From the human T2T-CHM13v2.0 reference genome, Homo sapiens, in assembly GCF_009914755.1 (NCBI RefSeq), contig NC_060928.1: a stretch of 64,000 bases of DNA. The stretch is one strand, 5' to 3'. Shown one piece after another: positions 58,707 to 64,000 of the stretch; position 1 is the first letter of the stretch; every line of letters begins with the position of its first letter. Under the pieces are notes generated by a model. The model did not search any database. It was not told the DNA's origin and worked only from the letters and a program-made list of their open reading frames with translations. Made by a program: the position numbers and the translations under genes.

Positions 58707-59386
58707 ATTTTTTCTTTTTTTTTTGTCTTTAATTTTTATTTTAAGTTTAGGGATGCATGTGCACGATGTGCTGGTTTGTTACATAGGAAAAAGTGTGCCA
58801 TGGTGATTTGCTGTACAGATCATCCCTTCCCCAAGGAATTAAGCCCATCATCCATTAGCTATTCTTCCTGATGCTCTTTCTGCCCACTGACAGGCCCCAG
58901 TGTGTGTGTTGTTCCCCTCTCTGTGTCCATGTGTTCTCATTGTTCAGCTCCCACTTAGGAGTGAGAACATGTGGTGTTTGGTTTTCTGTTCCTGCATTAG
59001 ATTGCTGAAGATAACCGCTTCCAGCTCCATCCATGTCCCTGCAAAGGACATGAACTCGTTCCTTTTTATGGTTGCATAGTATTCGACGGTGTACATATAC
59101 CACATTTTTTTTATTCAGTCTATCATAGATGGGCATTTGGGTTGATTCTGTGTCTTTGCTATTGTAAATAGTGCTACAATTAACATATGTGTGCATGTAT
59201 CTTTGTAATAGAATGATTTATATTTTGGGGGGTACATACTCAGTAATAGAATTGCTGGGTCAGACGGTATTTCTGCTTTTAGATCTTTGAGGAATTGCCA
59301 CACTGTCGTCCACAGTATTTGAACTGATTTACACTCCCACCAACAGTGTAAAAACGTTCTTTTTTCTCCGCAACCTCACCAGCATC
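58707..59386 (-). mobile_element. 5'-truncated L1PA (PA8-PA10-like)
   Basis: L1 3'UTR plus ORF2 end (WQFLKDLKAEIPSDPAILLL); perfect 15-bp TSD CAGACAGGCTACTTT at 58692-58706 and 59387-59401. Confidence 0.95.
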
Positions 59387-60699
59387 CAGACAGGCTACTT
59401 TCTTCCCCAAGGGAGAGTGTATGGTGGGATGTTAATTCCCAAAATAAATGATCTAAGTAGATCTAAGTTTTCTCTCATAGATGCTTCTGAGATAAATCAC
59501 AAAAGAAAAGTACTTAGAGTTATAGTGTGTGCTGTAGAAGGTGAATTGTGTGTGAAGCTTCCCAACTGAACAAGAAAGGAAGTTTCCCCAGGACGGGAAG
59601 AGCCTGAGACAGGAAGATTTCAGGAGCCTTAAAAGCCGGAGCTTGGCCCCAGTCAATCACGAGGAAGTTGTAAGACTCTGGAGGAAAAAGGTTTTATGGT
59701 GAAGCTAGATAGAATCTGAGTGTATCATAGAATGTGACAACGAATCCACCAAGGACATGGCAAGATCTGAGAAATGGTTTTACGCTATGGCTATACAGAA
59801 GGACTTAAAGGACTATAGAGTGAACATTTCAGGCCTCCAGCATGACCCAGAAGCATGAGGGTGCCACTGTACCTGATGAAATTCTGTGGACCTAGGTAGC
59901 AGGCATCTCAAAAATCACGTATAAAACAGTAACTAAAGACTAGAGGAACTCTAGTAACTGCACGTCCTCCTATATGTGGATGCCCACGTCTGCTCCTACT
60001 ACAGATGTAGACTCCAGAAATTATCATTGGTGAGGGCCCAAGAAATGAAGTCTGGAGTTGTAGGGAGGGATCTCACAAAGAAGACAAATGTTTGGCTTTC
60101 TGACATCTCAATGGAATGAGAGCTAAGAGTCTGAAATTAATTTGAGTTATACAAATAAAATAAAGTGTTTGGAATGAGAGTGATACTTATTTAAAAAACA
60201 ACAGGTTTTCAATATACTTAGAAAAAAGCATTTTAGAGAATAACCTCTGCCTTCCACATAGACACATCACCCCTTACACTTTCCAGGTAAAATGCTCCCT
60301 GGATTTACACAGTCTCAAACAATTGAATTTTAGTTTGTGGTCTTTGCTTTTCATTTGCAGAACTAATGTCTTGGTTAATTGATTTTACCACAAAAGAACA
60401 TTTTGCTCCAAGGGTATAGACAAGTCTCTCCTCTTTCAAATAATCAAACCAAACCAGAAACTTCTGACAGCTTTGAAAAAAATATTTTGACTTTTATTTT
60501 TTCCACTAAATTATCAGGCATTTTGGGATCAAGATTCCATTGACACACAAGCTTCAAAAGTAGTAATGTTTGTAAAAAGAAAGATTTTCTTAACTGTGAG
60601 GCTTGGGCATGAAAGCCAGATCTGAAGACAATGGCAACAGCATGTCTTCTTGCCTCTTTCACATCTCCTTTTATGGTCTGTGATCTCTGGTACATTAGT

Positions 60700-61128
60700 A
60701 ATCTCTGCCAAGTCATTCAAAAGAATGCTCCATCCAACTTTTATTTAGCAATTCCATCTCTGTAAACTTCTCTTCACATCCTAGCCATGCTAAACACATT
60801 AAAACATATCTTCAGTAGAGCTATCTCCTTTACCCACAACTTTCTATATCTGTGCCTACTACCATTGTTTTCTATCAGCAAGACCTCTCTTCCTTCTCTA
60901 AGAACCTATGCAAGACTTTATTTCCCTCAGATAAATGTGTTATCTGGTCTTTTGGATTCCCATAAAACTTCCCAGTGACTTCATGATAGCACTTACTCCA
61001 GTAACTATAATTAGTTATGTGTCTATCTCTCTCAATAAATCATAAACTTCTTAAGGAAAAAAGCATGATCTGTTTTTCTTTGACTCTTCAAAGGTAAGTT
61101 AGGGATGTTCACTGTCAATGAATGAATA
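60700..61128 (+). mobile_element. L2 3' fragment
   Basis: Ends ATAAACTTCTTAAGG...TGTCAATGAATGAAT. Confidence 0.55.
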
Positions 61129-62027
61129 GCTGCATGAACTGGTACACACGTTATAATCTACTGCCCAATTTTTATGAAGCAATTGTATTAGCCCAAGTTT
61201 TTGTATGTTTGAAAGCTCCATGAGAAATGGGTCACAGAAATATTCATTATGTTGCATTCCAACATATATTTTTTGTAGGGTCAGCAAAATACTTTCTATA
61301 AACGGCACTAAATATTTTATCCCATAAAGTATTTAAATTCTGTGTGTTGTCTGACTTCTGACTTTAATGACAATGAAAAATGTGGTGCCCACAATTGTAT
61401 AGGTAATTAGAAGGTTATTGCCCAAGTAATATTTATCTGTTTGTTAGGTAATCCCGCATTTTTAATTTGAAAAAAAAAAAGTGTCAGGAGAGGGCTGTTC
61501 CTCCTGGAAATTGCTTGCAGTATTGGCTTTTTTGGTACTATTGAAAATCCTGTGGTTCTAATGAAAAAATCCATTTAAGCAGTTTCCCTCACTAAATGTT
61601 TCTTGAAGTTGTAGTTTACAACTGCTCCTCACTCCTGGAAAAATATCTTCTCTAATAACTAGAAAACAATGGGAAGAGAATATTTTACATTCAGGTTTTT
61701 TTCTAAACATTTTCAGTATAAACTGGTTAAGTCAAATGACTAGCAGAACATGGCTTATATAATTTAGATTACATTTAAATTGCTGACTTTAAAGAACCAG
61801 AGAAAAATATATATGTTAAGGAGGAAAAATGAAAAGAATGGAGCTTAATTTCTGTCTCTAAAAGCTAAAGAGGATTTTTAATTCATTTCTTCCCCCTAAA
61901 TGAGGAAGAAATGCATGAAAAGCAAAAAGAGCATGCAGCCTTAACACAATGGTAAAGAGACAGGAATTGTCCTCATGTAATAGAAGAGACAGATGCCCTG
62001 AACAGGCAGATTTGGTTTCTGGATGTT

Positions 62028-62057
62028 GGGGGTTGGGGGGTGGGGGTGGGAGGAGGG
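62028..62057 (+). other. G-quadruplex-forming motif
   Basis: G5-TT-G6-T-G5-T-G3-AGGA-G3. Confidence 0.7.
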
Positions 62058-63574
62058 AATTATAGAGCCTGGCATTTCTAGCTCTAATGAGGGATGATTT
62101 AGGAAGTAAAGCCAACCCCAGTCATCTCGCACTTTCACACTCCAAGAGCTGCCAATGTCTTCGGTTAATGAGGTAGACTTGGAGCCATGCCCTTAATTAA
62201 CTTGACCCTGTGAAACTGTTTCTCAAACGTTTTAAACCCATGACCCTTTAAAGTATTCTTGTTCTGTGTATTTACATCAGTTAAAAAGAGTCTGTCTTGC
62301 TTTTCTAAATGTACTTTGAATTACAAAAAATAATAAGTGTGCTATAGACACTTTTTCAATATATTTGGCCTACGGGTGATTTTGACATGTGCCTTTAGTG
62401 TGGAATTTGTACCATGTGCCACCCTCCCCTTATTGAAAAGCGGGGTTAAAATATGGAAGCTGTTCACTTGTAGGTGAGTGTAGTATATATAGTCTAGTGT
62501 ATGGTATTGTATGTCCTTCACAACCAGGTTCCCATCATGAATGTTGTTGGAAGAACTCAGTGACATCAAATATAGAGAAAGCAGGAGGGAAGGTTTTAAA
62601 CTTATCTTTAAATTTAATTTTATTTGTCTATCGCATATATTTATTATACATATTTTTCAAATGTCATTCACTGAAGTTTTAATAAGCAAAACATTATTTT
62701 ATAAGCTTATGTGTATGGGAGAGAATATTTCTACCATGGAACACAATCATAATTTTAATTTTATAGTTCAGTGAATTTAGAGAAATGCTTTTTATCACTC
62801 AGAATGTTATATTATCAAAAATAGGACTGAGTGTGGGGCAAATTATTAGGAAAGTATATGAAACTGAAAGGAAGAAAATTTTATTTGAGAAATAGAGATT
62901 AACTTTTATTTTCACTACATTCTAGGTTTTGGCTTACATGCCATCAGGATATACAATCCTTTTATTTCAAAATATAACCAATATAAGTGAGACACACTCA
63001 ATCAGGGGTTTGGTTAGACATTTTAAAATCCAATTAGATTTGCTGAATGCTTCACAAATTTTCTGAATATTACTGGGCCAATTTTGAGGAGACCTGTGTT
63101 AATTGATTACTTGGGATGGAAGCCACTACAACTTCATGGTTTCAAATAGAATTGATGGAAAAGAGACACATTCCAGCAATTCTACAAATGTTTGCTTCTG
63201 AGAGTAATAGCGATCAATTGAGGTAGTTATGTGAAACAAAACAAAAAAAAAAAGAAAAGAAGAAAACTTATTTAAAATAAAAACTTATTTCCTGTTTTGG
63301 ATATTTGTAAGATAAGAAACGATTTCCATTTGTTTCTATGTTGGCATTGAATACAATTTTCTGATCTAACTCTTTAGGTATCTGAGGACACATACGTTCC
63401 AAAGGTGTGTACATTTTGCTACCATCCAATATATGCTAGATGCAGGCAATTGCTAGATGGATAATTGCACTTTAGGTGATACCAAAAACTTGGTGTATCA
63501 TTTCACTTTCTATTGAGGTGCTTGGCCTGGCATATGTCAAGAACCAGGATATATCATTTGATCTTTCCTGGGAC

Positions 63575-63745
63575 TAGCTTTCCAAGCATGTAAGAATTAT
63601 CTAGGGAATGTATTAAAATGCAGATTTCTTTGCTGCACCCTCAAAATTTATGACTCAGTACTTCTAGGGTAGCACAGAGGAATCTGCATTTTTACCTATT
63701 AAAACATTCTGATGAAGGTGATGTTGATATGTTCTGAGAATCTCA
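63575..63745. mobile_element. MER5-family MITE
   Basis: TTAAAATGCAGATTTC...TGACTCAGTA...GGAATCTGCATTTTTA internal palindrome. Confidence 0.7.
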
Positions 63746-64000
63746 GCCTTCAGAGGAATTCTAGGCAATTTATGCTTGCAGCTCATGTAAGAACCACACG
63801 TATTACACAATGCACAGTACTAATGGTAGTGCAATAATGAAATGATGTCTTTATAAAAATTCAAATATTAGCTAAAGGATAATCTCTTATTTCCATTATT
63901 TATAAAGAAAATTTGTCCATGTGTTGAATGGGATTGAAAATACACAGTTTTATCATATGACTATTCTAACTTGAAGGATATTATATAGTAGAAATAAATT

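Noticed and set aside
62348-62473. 126-nt segment ending in TAG|GTGAGT with one open frame
   Set aside because: No polypyrimidine tract at the acceptor and no recognisable peptide

Overview
AT-rich, CpG-poor primate (very probably human) intergenic or deep-intronic DNA. I find no intact protein-coding gene, CpG-island promoter or CRISPR array. The ORFs in the supplied track are explained by repeats, low complexity, pseudogene fragments or chance. The one recognisable gene-derived sequence is a minus-strand processed pseudogene of TMEM248 (about 2770-4766), interrupted by an Alu. The rest is a layered record of transposition: a full-length Tigger2, a Charlie1a carrying a nested Alu and a solo ERV9 LTR12, a full THE1B element, two L1PA 3' fragments, about 14 Alu/FLAM copies, and older MIR, L2, MLT and MER relics. 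The most notable observations are an essentially unmutated AluYc1-type element nested in the linker of an older Alu, a tailless 5S rRNA retrocopy whose target site resembles the missing 5S sequence, a three-monomer Alu inside one target-site duplication (TSD), several template-switch-like palindromes, and candidate + strand non-coding exons downstream of the LTR12 promoter. I found no evidence for a new multi-gene system. Repeat subfamily names come from recalled consensus sequences, not from a database search.
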